From Candidatus Cloacimonadales bacterium (GTDB lineage Bacteria > Cloacimonadota > Cloacimonadia > Cloacimonadales > JAIOQZ01), in NCBI GenBank assembly GCA_963674825.1, contig OY771587.1, forward strand, positions 1,984,001 through 2,048,000: a stretch of DNA of 64,000 bases. The letters are read 5' to 3'. Shown here piece after piece: positions 8,368 through 18,653 of this stretch. The translations under genes were made by a program, and so were the position numbers. How positions within the stretch are numbered: the stretch's first letter is position 1; every line of letters begins with the position of its first letter. The notes beneath the pieces are model-generated. The model worked only from the letters and a program-made list of their open reading frames with translations. It ran no database searches and was not told the DNA's origin.

Positions 8368-10540
8368 TTCTGCTGCATATCACAGGCTGCATCAAGCAAT
8401 GCGCCGCTGGATCCACAAGCAGGAATGGCGTAACCTGCACGCGATACAGGAAGAAGCCATTCCGGTGATCATGGACGCAGAACACGATGTTCTGATCATG
8501 GCTCCGACAGCCGGTGGCAAGACAGAAGCGGCATACCTGCCCATCCTATCGAAGATGCTCAATACTGACCGTTCTCAGGGGATTTCCGTGTTGAATATCA
8601 GCCCATTGAAAGCCCTGATCAACGATCAGTATATGCGCCTCCAAACGCTTTGCGAGCCAGTTGATATTACACTGACTCGCTGGCATGGCGATGCTTCTCA
8701 GGCTACCAAGCAAAACTTGCTCAAGAAACCGTCGGGCGTGCTCCTAATTACACCGGAGTCCCTTGAAGCGCTCTTCATGCACCACGGGATAAAGATGCGG
8801 CATCTCTTCGGAGCGCTTCAGTATATCGTGATCGACGAGCTGCATGCGTTTATCGGAAATGTACGGGGAAGACAATTGCAGTCTCAGCTGTGCCGACTCG
8901 AGAATATTCTCGGAAAACGCATTCCCCGAATTGCGTTGAGCGCGACGATCGGCGACAACGAGCTTGCGCGAAGTTTCCTGCGACCTGCTGCCCCTGAGAG
9001 CGTCATTGCGATTGAGTCTAAAGGGAATGGCGGTGAGCTGCGCCTTCTTGTGAAGGGTTATTGGCTTGACTATGGGCTTGATACTCAAGATGACGACATG
9101 GATAATTCGTATCGGGCAATCTGCGACGATCTCTATAAAACGCTTCGAGGCACGACCAATCTTGTTTTCGCCAACAGTCGCAGGGAAGTCGAGCTTGTGT
9201 CAAGCCAGTTGATCGATCTGTGTGAGAAGAGACGAGTCCCTGTAGAGTTCTTTCCCCACCACGGTAGCCTATCGGCGGACCGCCGTATCGAAGCGGAGAA
9301 ACGATTGAAAAAAAACGGTACGCCAACAACCGTCATCGCAACCAATACACTCGAACTAGGAATCGATATCGGAAGCGTAAATAGTATCGCCCAATTCGGA
9401 GCCCCACCATCGGTCGCCTCAATGAAACAACGGATCGGACGTTCGGGGAGACGGGATGGAGTCTCTCAGATGCGTATTTACTGTCGGGAACCTCAATATT
9501 CAGATCAGGGGAGTATAATAACGGGCCTGCATCTACCCCTGATTCGCGTTGTGGCAACGACCAATCTGATGCTTAAAGGTTGGTTCGAACCGCCCCTGAC
9601 CGACGCTTATGATTTCTCGACTCTCGTTCAACAGACGCTTTCCATGATCTGCGAGAGAGGCGGTTCCAAAGCCATCACTTTGTGGGATGTTCTATGCAAT
9701 CACGGCGCATTCTCACAAGTGGAACGGGAACTATATGTACGTTTCCTGCGTTCTCTGGCAACTTCGAAATTGATCGAGCAATCCCCGTCCGGAGAATTGT
9801 TGCTTGGTGAGATAGGTGAAAGACTTACGTCCAATTTCCGTTTTTTCGCGGCATTTCAGGAGATGGAAGAATATCTCCTGATCACCAATGGAAAAACACT
9901 CGGTAGGCTACCCATCCTATTCCCGCTTGTCCCGGACACACTGATCGTTTTTGCCGGTCGGTACTGGAGAATCGAATCGGTAGATGAGAAACGACACGAA
10001 GTCTATCTGATTCCCAGTGTGGGAGGTCGTTTACCATGGTTCGGAGGAAGTGGTGGCATCGTTCATCCCATGATTCGCCGCGAATGCAAGCGGATTTATC
10101 ACGATGACGATGTTCCTGAATTCCTTAACCATACGGCTCGGGATATTTTTCTCGAAGCTCGCAGGAACTATCACCGAGCTGGCTTGCACAAACGTTTTCT
10201 GGTTCCCGATGATGGGAAGGTGCTTATTTTCCTTTGGGATGGCGATCGGGTTTGTAATACGCTTTCCCTTCAGATGAAGCTCGATGGATTGGATAATTAC
10301 GTGCGAAATGGCATCATTATCGTTGATGAATCATGTGATAAGAAAATCCTTTCATACCTGAAGAAGCATGCGAGAAAGAAGATTTTTCGTGTGGACCAGT
10401 TGGTTAAGAGCGTGCAGAATCTTCGTTTCGAGAAACACGATGAGTTTGTCTCCGATGAACTGGCAGTCATGGATTATGCAAAGAAAATGCTGGATTGTGA
10501 AGGATTAAAATTCTGGCTATATCAACATTTCAATCAATGA
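8330..10540 (+). CDS. sngC: Shango SngC-like DEAD/DEAH (Lhr-like) helicase
   Basis: APTAGGKT, DELH, SAT, HHGSLS, TLELGIDIG, QRIGRSGR motifs; overlaps sngB; exact start uncertain. Confidence 0.85.
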   Translation: MKMRIRLSPSRSDSAAYHRLHQAMRRWIHKQEWRNLHAIQEEAIPVIMDAEHDVLIMAPTAGGKTEAAYLPILSKMLNTDRSQGISVLNISPLKALINDQYMRLQTLCEPVDITLTRWHGDASQATKQNLLKKPSGVLLITPESLEALFMHHGIKMRHLFGALQYIVIDELHAFIGNVRGRQLQSQLCRLENILGKRIPRIALSATIGDNELARSFLRPAAPESVIAIESKGNGGELRLLVKGYWLDYGLDTQDDDMDNSYRAICDDLYKTLRGTTNLVFANSRREVELVSSQLIDLCEKRRVPVEFFPHHGSLSADRRIEAEKRLKKNGTPTTVIATNTLELGIDIGSVNSIAQFGAPPSVASMKQRIGRSGRRDGVSQMRIYCREPQYSDQGSIITGLHLPLIRVVATTNLMLKGWFEPPLTDAYDFSTLVQQTLSMICERGGSKAITLWDVLCNHGAFSQVERELYVRFLRSLATSKLIEQSPSGELLLGEIGERLTSNFRFFAAFQEMEEYLLITNGKTLGRLPILFPLVPDTLIVFAGRYWRIESVDEKRHEVYLIPSVGGRLPWFGGSGGIVHPMIRRECKRIYHDDDVPEFLNHTARDIFLEARRNYHRAGLHKRFLVPDDGKVLIFLWDGDRVCNTLSLQMKLDGLDNYVRNGIIIVDESCDKKILSYLKKHARKKIFRVDQLVKSVQNLRFEKHDEFVSDELAVMDYAKKMLDCEGLKFWLYQHFNQ

Positions 10541-10643
10541 AATTCACATAGCTGATTCTATTATAGATTCATCGGTTTTCATCACAGTTTGTCTCATTTC
10601 TGTCTCGTTCACGATATCAATAATTCGTATTCTGATGTTATAG

Positions 10644-11678
10644 TTGTGCTTATTAATCATATTTTCGGATTTGCCCGATATCCCCTCGCTGATCAAGAAT
10701 CCCAAGACGGTTGTTGTACCGGAAGAGCCATCGCTGTTGTTTGCGATATGCGGTGCGTTGGTACAGCAGGCGAATCGCAAGAACTTCGGACAAATTCTGA
10801 ACTATGCAGAGCGTATCCCACCGGAGTTCCTGGGCAAAATCCAGAAGATCGCCTCCACAGCAAGAGCCTACCACTATGAAAACCCCCTGCCGTGGATGGA
10901 CAAAGCCGGGATGCTCCTGCCCGATGGCGCGCTCATCCATCATCAATACGAGAATATGGAAGCAGAAGCGATCTATGCCAGCTTGCAGCAGGACAAGACG
11001 AGAAAGCGTTACCAGAATCCATCCTTCGGAGAGGTGCGAGACTACAAACCCAAGCCCGGTGACCTGCCCATGCCATAGCAGATGCAGAACACGAAGATAC
11101 AAGTCTCACAAGCCATGACCACCGCCAGAATGCAGGGGAAACTGCCCCAATCCATGAAGCGCACGATCCGCGAAATCCTTCAGCCACAGCTGCCATGGCG
11201 GGAAATCCTGAGTCGCTTCATCACGCAGAACTCACGTAACGACTACCAATGGAAACAGCCCAATCCGCGATATCTGCATGCGGGGCTATATCTGCCATCG
11301 CTATCAGCCCCGTCCCTCGACACCATTGCTGTCCTGATCGATACCAGCGGTTCCGTCAACCAGACGGAACTCGATCTATTCGCCTCGGAGCTCAAGTCCA
11401 TCCTCGCATCCTACCCCAACACAACCATCCACGTCGCCTACGTCGATAGCCACCTAGCGCACTACCACGATCTTACCTGTCACGATCTCCATCTCGAAGC
11501 CCAGGGCGGTGGAGGCACCGACTACCGACCTGGTTTCACCCACCTCGAAGACAACCAGATCAACCCCGCCTGCATCCTCTACTTCACCGACGGCTACTGC
11601 GACGCCATCCCCGATACATGCGATATTCCGACGCTATGGATCGTGACGGAGAGAACGCTTCATGCCGCCGTTTGGTGA
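10644..11678 (+). pseudogene. Decayed chimera of an AAA+ ATPase C-terminal fragment and a DUF2201 metallopeptidase/VWA-like protein
   Basis: ORFs 10644-11078 and 11082-11678 are in the same frame, split by one TAG. LPDIPSLIKNP..VPEEPSLLFAICGAL..PPEF resembles an AAA C-terminus. IDTSGS, GGGGTD and FTDG are VWA/DUF2201 motifs. No Walker A and no HExxH. Confidence 0.65.
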
Positions 11679-11683
11679 AAAGT

Positions 11684-11711
11684 TAAAGGCAGGAGACCCC
11701 TGCCTTTTTTT
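11684..11711 (+). terminator. Rho-independent terminator
   Basis: AAAGGCAGG-AGACC-CCTGCCTTT followed by T-tract. Confidence 0.75.
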
Positions 11712-11785
11712 GCTATTAGCTGAAATGGAGGATTACCTCAATAGTCCTTTAATAGCAGTGCAGTTCACTTTAGCTATTAACTAAT

Positions 11786-11894
11786 AAAAAAACGCCCCCT
11801 ACCGAAGTAGAGGGCAAAGTCGTCTCCCGATGGGAGTTGCCTGCGAAGCCAAAGCTTCTTGTTATGACAAGCGCAGACATCGATCAGTGATATC
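11786..11894 (-). ncRNA. tracrRNA: tracrRNA
   Basis: 11861-11894 resembles the repeat (19-nt exact match CAGACATCGATCAGTGATA plus GTTATG). On the minus strand the anti-repeat ends ...CAUAACAAG, followed by hairpins and a terminator GCCCUCUAC-UUCG-GUAGGGGGC-G-U7. Confidence 0.88.
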
Positions 11895-11912
11895 GATGAA
11901 AATAAATATCGA

Positions 11913-11929
11913 TTGACATATATTGTCAA
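11913..11929. promoter_or_regulatory. Palindromic back-to-back -35 boxes between tracrRNA and cas9
   Basis: TTGACA-TATAT-TGTCAA; the corresponding -10 boxes are weak. Confidence 0.45.
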
Positions 11930-11971
11930 GCAATTCTCAATTATTTCAATATAACATACTGTGAGGCGATT

Positions 11972-14900
11972 ATGAAACGTTCAATTCTCGGGCTTGATCT
12001 CGGTACGAACTCCATTGGATGGGGACTCATCAATCTTGACGAAGCAAATCAGGAATCCGAAGGGACTATTCTCGGAACCGGTGTTCGTATCTTCCAGGAA
12101 ACGACGGAGGGGGTAAAAAAAGAACTGAAGAACCGGACACGTCGAGAAAAACGCGGCATGAGACGCACGATCTCCCGAAGAACAAGGCGCTATAAGCATC
12201 TGCAAAGCATACTCCGAAAAGCGGGTGTTTTTCCGGATGACGAACGCAAAGTCGAGGAGATCATGACCATGGGCGAACTGGGCTGTAATCCATACCTGTT
12301 TCGCAAGAAAGGTCTCGACGAGAAGCTCGAGCTCCACGAATTCGGACGGGCAATGTGCCACCTGAACCAGCGTCGCGGCTTCCAGAGCAACCGCAAAGAT
12401 GGCTCGAAGTCGAAAGAGGATACCGAGTACAAGCAAAAAATGGCAGAACTCGGTCAGGCTATCGAAGGGTCCAGCAATCGCACCCTCGGCGAATACCTTG
12501 CGAATCTCGATCCCTCAGAAAGCAAACGCAAGAAACACACCACGCGTGACATGTACAAAGAGGAGTTCGACAAGCTCTGGGACAAGCAAGCCGAGTACTA
12601 CCAGGATATCCTCACTTCGGAGTTAAAAGTCAGATGCCACAAAGCGATTTTCCATCAGCGTCCATTTCGCGTTCCGGACAGGCATATCGGCATGTGCTCG
12701 CTGGAACCAACGCGCAAGCGTGCCATGAAGGCTTCCGTCCTCGCGCAACGTGTTCGAATATGGCAGGAAATCAATAATCTGCGACGCATTGATCCTTTGA
12801 CTTACGAAGAGATCGAACTGACCATGGACCAGAAGAATGCTCTGTTCAGCTTGATGGATATCAAGAAAGAAATCAAATTTGACGATATCCGTAAGAAGCT
12901 GGGGCTCCATGAAAACGAGCACTTCAACCTCGAGACCGAAAACCGCAAGAAACTCAAGGGCAACACAACATACAATGCAATCAAAGCAGCTCTTGATAAA
13001 CAGAAACCAAAGAAAAATAAATGGAAAGACCTGACTGCTGACCAGCGCTTGCAGCTAGCAGAAGACCTTATTACCTGTGCCTTCGACCAGGAACAAGGGC
13101 TTTTAAATAGACTCCAGAAATTTTGGGGCTACGATAAGGATACCGCCGTCAAATTGGCGGAAATTTCATTCGACGAAGGCTACGCGAACCTCTCCGCCAA
13201 AGCCATGCGCAAGATACTTCCCTTCCTCCAGGATGGCAGCATGTATCGCCAGGCATGCGAAAAAGCCGGATATTTTAATTCTGAGCAACCCATAAGCAAC
13301 CATTCACTCGAAGAACTTCTGCGTGACCTTCGCAATCCCGTGGTTGTTAAAGCGCTACGCCAGACGATGAAAGTCGTTCGAGCCATTACCCGCATGCATG
13401 GCAGACCGGATGAAATCGTCATCGAGATGGCGCGCGATCTGAAACTATCCGGCAAGAAGAAGGAAGAAGCTGATAAAAGAAGATTCAGTAATGAACGCGA
13501 AAACGAAAGGGTTCGCGCCATCCTGGAGACCGAATTTGGGATGAAACCGAGCCGCAACGACATTATCAAATATCGCCTGTGGGAAGAGAGCGAACATGTG
13601 TGCCCATACACGGGTGTCGTGATCGAACGAGAACAACTATACTCCGGCGAGGTTGATATCGAACACATCATCCCATACAGTCGCAGCCTGGATGATTCCT
13701 ACATGAACAAGACTCTCTGTATGGCCGAAGAAAATCGCCTTGTCAAACGCAACCGAACCCCTTGGGAAGCCTACGGAAACGATTCCGATCGCTGGCAGGC
13801 AATGCTCCAGGCGATCAGAAAATTCCCCTATCCCAAGCGCATGAATTTTACCCGGCGTCAGCTCGACGATGACTTCGTCTCCCGCCAGCTTAACGATACC
13901 CGCTACATCTGCACGGCTGTCAAATCCGTCTTCGTGGCGATGGGCTACAAAGTGCGCGTTAGCAAGGGGCAATTAACTGCATTGCTACGCAACAAATGGG
14001 ACCTCGAACACATCCTCGGCACGAAAGCCGACGGTAAGAAAAGTCGCGACGACCATCGTCACCACGCTATTGACGCCATTGTCACCGCCTGTGTCTCACA
14101 GGGGATGTTGCAGAAGGTCTCACGCGCATCCTCCAAGCTGCATCCAGGCGAGCAATTACGTGATCGAGTATTCAAGCCGGTTGAACCGTGGACCGGTTTC
14201 AAGATGGATGTCGAGCGCGCCATCACAGGCATTGTCGTATCGCACCAGCCGATGCGAGGAATTCGCGGCGCGCTGCACCAGGATACCGCGTATGGTTTGA
14301 GGGAGGGAGACCCTGACGCAACGAAGCGCGAGTTTGTCCATCGTGTCCCGGTCGAGTCTCTCACAGCGGCACAAGTTAAAAAGATCATCGATCCAGAGGT
14401 GCAGAAGTTGGTGATCGCCTACCGGAACAATATCGATGAGGCAAAGCAGCAATATGACCGTGTGAAGAAGGGCTACGATCAGGATCTTAAGGATTTCTGG
14501 AAAACCAGGCTCGACGATACACAGAAGCAGCTTGTGCACAAGGACGGTAGCACGCCGATTAAGACCGTTAGAATCGCTGATAACATGAGCATCTCGACAA
14601 TGATGTATGTCAATGATGCAAGCAACAAACCATATAAATACTATGCCCAAGGTAGCAATCATCACGTCGAAATCATTCGGAATAAGATTTCCGGAAAGTA
14701 CGAAGGACGTTTTGTCACGATGATGGAAGCTGCCAGGCGGGTCAGAAGAGAAAATCTCCCAATCGTCCAATACGATCACGGTGAAGAGTGGGAATTTGTC
14801 ATGTGGCTGTCGATCAACGATATGGTCAAGTACAATTCTGGAGACAATAAACAAGGTATATATCGTGTACAATATATCGATCCGGTAAATAACGTCTTGT

Positions 14901-15049
14901 GTTTCCGATTGCACAGCGCTGCCACAATTGGCAATTCAGATGAAAGGCTGTTCGCATCAATTGGAAAAGTAAAAACGCCATTATTCCAAAAACTCCACGT
15001 CGATCCAATCGGCAATGCCAGGGAGTATATCGATGCGAAGAATCCTTGA
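11972..15049 (+). CDS. cas9: Type II-C CRISPR nuclease Cas9 (1025 aa)
   Basis: RuvC-I LGLDLGTNSIG, Arg-rich bridge helix, RuvC-II IVIEMARD, HNH DIEHIIPYS..DDSYMNK..N, RuvC-III HHAIDA; followed by cas1-cas2 with no csn2 or cas4. Confidence 0.98.
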   Translation: MKRSILGLDLGTNSIGWGLINLDEANQESEGTILGTGVRIFQETTEGVKKELKNRTRREKRGMRRTISRRTRRYKHLQSILRKAGVFPDDERKVEEIMTMGELGCNPYLFRKKGLDEKLELHEFGRAMCHLNQRRGFQSNRKDGSKSKEDTEYKQKMAELGQAIEGSSNRTLGEYLANLDPSESKRKKHTTRDMYKEEFDKLWDKQAEYYQDILTSELKVRCHKAIFHQRPFRVPDRHIGMCSLEPTRKRAMKASVLAQRVRIWQEINNLRRIDPLTYEEIELTMDQKNALFSLMDIKKEIKFDDIRKKLGLHENEHFNLETENRKKLKGNTTYNAIKAALDKQKPKKNKWKDLTADQRLQLAEDLITCAFDQEQGLLNRLQKFWGYDKDTAVKLAEISFDEGYANLSAKAMRKILPFLQDGSMYRQACEKAGYFNSEQPISNHSLEELLRDLRNPVVVKALRQTMKVVRAITRMHGRPDEIVIEMARDLKLSGKKKEEADKRRFSNERENERVRAILETEFGMKPSRNDIIKYRLWEESEHVCPYTGVVIEREQLYSGEVDIEHIIPYSRSLDDSYMNKTLCMAEENRLVKRNRTPWEAYGNDSDRWQAMLQAIRKFPYPKRMNFTRRQLDDDFVSRQLNDTRYICTAVKSVFVAMGYKVRVSKGQLTALLRNKWDLEHILGTKADGKKSRDDHRHHAIDAIVTACVSQGMLQKVSRASSKLHPGEQLRDRVFKPVEPWTGFKMDVERAITGIVVSHQPMRGIRGALHQDTAYGLREGDPDATKREFVHRVPVESLTAAQVKKIIDPEVQKLVIAYRNNIDEAKQQYDRVKKGYDQDLKDFWKTRLDDTQKQLVHKDGSTPIKTVRIADNMSISTMMYVNDASNKPYKYYAQGSNHHVEIIRNKISGKYEGRFVTMMEAARRVRRENLPIVQYDHGEEWEFVMWLSINDMVKYNSGDNKQGIYRVQYIDPVNNVLCFRLHSAATIGNSDERLFASIGKVKTPLFQKLHVDPIGNAREYIDAKNP

Positions 15050-15914
15050 TATCGACTGCCCAGCCAAGCTAAGCCTGCGCAAGAGCCAACTGGTCGTCAG
15101 TGCAGATGATGCCTCGACACAGGCTCCATTGGAGGACATCGGCGTGGTCGTCTTGACGCACCCGCAAGTGAATATCACCCAATCCCTGCTTGGCGCTTGT
15201 AGCGAGGCGGGAGTTGTGGTAATTGTCTGCAACAATCGCCGGTTGCCCGAATCAATCCTTCTACCGATCTCTGGAGCTTCTCTCCACACAAAATACCTGG
15301 CTCAACAGGTCAACATGACGCAACGTCTCAAAGACCGGGTATGGAAGGAAGTTGTACAGGCAAAAATCGCGGAACAAGCATTCTCCCTCAAGTTGGCAGG
15401 CAAAGACTACCGTAGCGTCAAATGCCTCGAGACCCGGGTTCGAGTCGGAGACAGCACATCCATCGAGGCCAGGGCTGCGGCGCTCTATTTCCCACGACTA
15501 CTCGGTAAAAGCTTCCGAAGAGATCCCATGAGGTTGGACATTAACGCCCTGCTCAACTACGGCTATGCACTCATCCGGGCAGCAATGGCACGAGCGGTCG
15601 TCGCCACCGGATTGCATCCGTCACTGGGGATCCATCACCACAACCAATACGACAGCCTTTGCCTGGCGGATGACATGATGGAGCCTTTCAGGCCCTATGT
15701 CGATACCCGTGTTGAGAAGATTGCCCAGGCTCAAGGACTCAACGCGTCAGTCAACCGTGACAATAAGCACGATCTCTTGAAAGTCCTGACCGAAAGCTGT
15801 CTCATTGATGGCGCGAGTACACCCATCCTCGTTTCCATGCAGCGCTATGCTGCATCACTGCGCCATGTCATTGCCGGTGACCGTAAGAAGCTGGTCATTC
15901 CCAGGCGGGAATAA
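15033..15914 (+). CDS. cas1: Type II Cas1 integrase
   Basis: PLEDIGVVVL, EARAAALYF, NALLNYGYA, GIHHHN, LADDMMEPFRP; ATG 15033 has a GGGAG RBS (alternative start 15015). Confidence 0.96.
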   Translation: MRRILDIDCPAKLSLRKSQLVVSADDASTQAPLEDIGVVVLTHPQVNITQSLLGACSEAGVVVIVCNNRRLPESILLPISGASLHTKYLAQQVNMTQRLKDRVWKEVVQAKIAEQAFSLKLAGKDYRSVKCLETRVRVGDSTSIEARAAALYFPRLLGKSFRRDPMRLDINALLNYGYALIRAAMARAVVATGLHPSLGIHHHNQYDSLCLADDMMEPFRPYVDTRVEKIAQAQGLNASVNRDNKHDLLKVLTESCLIDGASTPILVSMQRYAASLRHVIAGDRKKLVIPRRE

Positions 15915-16387
15915 TGGTCTTTGGAGGATTCCGTAGTATGTGGTTGGTTTTAATGTTCGACCTCCCGGTCGATACCTCCAAAGCGCGTAAAGCATACACG
16001 CAGTTCCGCAAGAACCTGATCACGGATGGGTTCACGATGATGCAATACTCCGTGATGATCCGTCATTGCCCAACGGAGGAAAATGCCGAAGTGCACCGCA
16101 AAAGGGTTCAAGAATTTCTTCCACCCGATGGAGAGATTCGCATCCTTACCTTTACCGATAAACAGTTCGGGCGTATGCAGGTCTATCGTGGTAAAATCCG
16201 GGCCGCGACTGAAGCAGCGCCCAAACAACTCATGATCTTTGACGAAGACACAATGAGTGAGTATAACCAGCCAAAGAAAAAGCGGAAAACCAGTAGAAAA
16301 CAAAGGAAAAAGAGCCACGAATCGGATGAGAACAAGAAAAATGATGATGTTGAGCAGACCTGTAACTTTTGGGTTGACAATGAGTAA
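15914..16387 (+). CDS. cas2: Cas2 with ~48-aa charged C-terminal extension
   Basis: MWLVLMFDLPV, FRKNLITDGFTMMQYSV; typical end QLMIF at codon 109, then continues. Confidence 0.93.
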   Translation: MVFGGFRSMWLVLMFDLPVDTSKARKAYTQFRKNLITDGFTMMQYSVMIRHCPTEENAEVHRKRVQEFLPPDGEIRILTFTDKQFGRMQVYRGKIRAATEAAPKQLMIFDEDTMSEYNQPKKKRKTSRKQRKKSHESDENKKNDDVEQTCNFWVDNE

Positions 16388-16398
16388 AGGGGAGCCCA

Positions 16399-18419
16399 GT
16401 TATGGTTTGCGGACAGACATCGATCAGTGATACCCAGACCCAGACGATTCCACAAAGCTTTACTGTTATGGTTTGCGGACAGACATCGATCAGTGATACC
16501 CACACTGCTCGCAGTAAGGAGCGAGCTTCTGTTATGGTTTGCGGACAGACATCGATCAGTGATACCAAGATGAGAACGGGAATTCAGTGTGGGAGGTTAT
16601 GGTTTGCGGACAGACATCGATCAGTGATACCAATCCGGACGTGACCAACTTCACGAATGTGTTATGGTTTGCGGACAGACATCGATCAGTGATACCCCTC
16701 GCAGATATGTTAATCGGAATCGTATCGTTATGGTTTGCGGACAGACATCGATCAGTGATACCCGTGTGTGCTCATCTGTCGCCCCCTTCAGGTTATGGTT
16801 TGCGGACAGACATCGATCAGTGATACCTGAATCGCTAACGATATCGGGAACAGCGGGCGTTATGGTTTGCGGACAGACATCGATCAGTGATACCCCAGTA
16901 GTAAAGGTTATTTCCACCCCGACGTTATGGTTTGCGGACAGACATCGATCAGTGATACCTGAGTATTTTCGACATTACAAAAATAATGGCGTTATGGTTT
17001 GCGGACAGACATCGATCAGTGATACCCACAGTCTACATACATTCCCTTGTCGAACTGTTATGGTTTGCGGACAGACATCGATCAGTGATACCTCTCTAGC
17101 GGGTCTTTTCCCGCTTTGGGAAGTTATGGTTTGCGGACAGACATCGATCAGTGATACCATCGAAGGTGTGGCCACGTTCCCCAATGATGTTATGGTTTGC
17201 GGACAGACATCGATCAGTGATACCTAAACGGCTTTTGGAACCGAAGGTTCGTCGTTATGGTTTGCGGACAGACATCGATCAGTGATACCCGCCGAGTGAT
17301 GCGATATATTCTTTATATGGTTATGGTTTGCGGACAGACATCGATCAGTGATACCTCTACGATTTCGCAGCTCTCCCGCTCGGCATGTTATGGTTTGCGG
17401 ACAGACATCGATCAGTGATACCTGGAGGAATAATGGAACGAACAGAAGATCAGTTATGGTTTGCGGACAGACATCGATCAGTGATACCGAACGGTCTGAC
17501 GTGTACATGATGGTAACAGTTATGGTTTGCGGACAGACATCGATCAGTGATACCAATCCAGGGTGGTCTAAGGACCGCGTGCTGGTTATGGTTTGCGGAC
17601 AGACATCGATCAGTGATACCACACATACAATATACGTAGCCCGCGTATTTTGTTATGGTTTGCGGACAGACATCGATCAGTGATACCGGACACCTTCCAA
17701 TGTCACAGCGTTCTCGAGTTATGGTTTGCGGACAGACATCGATCAGTGATACCCAACGAAGGATCTTCTTGTTGGTAAATGCGCAGTTATGGTTTGCGGA
17801 CAGACATCGATCAGTGATACCGCAGGGTGATATGCGCACAGCTACCTGGATGTTATGGTTTGCGGACAGACATCGATCAGTGATACCAAAACGTGGATCG
17901 TTCTTGCAATCATACTTAGTTATGGTTTGCGGACAGACATCGATCAGTGATACCTGAGCAAAAGCGCAGCCCAGCTTATCGAAGTGTTATGGTTTGCGGA
18001 CAGACATCGATCAGTGATACCCGACGAGTATCATTCTGGATGTGTCGAAGCGTTATGGTTTGCGGACAGACATCGATCAGTGATACCCCGGACTGTCATC
18101 GACCTCTGCGATCTCTTCGTTATGGTTTGCGGACAGACATCGATCAGTGATACCCCTCTGTCTCGTCTCCAAAGTGTCGAGTCTGTTATGGTTTGCGGAC
18201 AGACATCGATCAGTGATACCAGCTATTTCCATGGATGCGATACGGGATATGTTATGGTTTGCGGACAGACATCGATCAGTGATACCCCCCTGCCCCCTCT
18301 CCCGCAATAGATGATATGTTATGGTTTGCGGACAGACATCGATCAGTGATACCAAAAAGAGACAGACTTATCGACGAGCTTATGTTATGGTTTGCGGACA
18401 GACATCGATCAGTGATTTT
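16399..18419 (+). CRISPR. CRISPR array: 31 repeats of 36 nt (GTTATGGTTTGCGGACAGACATCGATCAGTGATACC), 30 spacers of 29-32 nt
   Basis: Repeats counted by hand from 16399 to 18384. The last repeat is degenerate (...GTGATTTT). Orientation is taken from tracrRNA pairing. Confidence 0.98.
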
Positions 18420-18653
18420 GATATCCCGGTGCCCGAGAAGTGTGGAGCCACTTCTGACTCCTATGGCTCAATTCTCATGAAAAAACTCATGCGTCATTAT
18501 CATGGGTGTAAAGACATTTCTTCAATCGGCGATTATTGGATGACAACGGAAAAAGTATTTGGCGATTTTGTCCCTTTATATCTTTGTTGTTCATGCTATT
18601 ATGATTACATCGGAAAATGACAGAAAATATCGGATAACATTATAATGGGTTTT

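Noticed and set aside
16271..16291. SV40-like NLS (PKKKRK) in the Cas2 tail
   Set aside because: Native bacterial context with no vector or linker sequence; expected by chance in A-rich DNA.
16428..16436. Neisseria-style extended -10 promoter inside each repeat
   Set aside because: Repeat ends TGATACC; the final T of a -10 box would fall in the variable spacer, so it is not conserved.
16435..18383. Self-targeting spacers within the window
   Set aside because: Only short (~10-12 nt) chance matches were noticed by eye; an exhaustive alignment is needed to exclude them.
16183..18620. Many ORFs with repeated MVCGQTSISDT / VSLIDVCPQTIT peptides
   Set aside because: Translations of the CRISPR repeat, not genes.
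18420..18650. Small gene or integrase remnant after the array
   Set aside because: No RBS/start pairing or recognisable motif.
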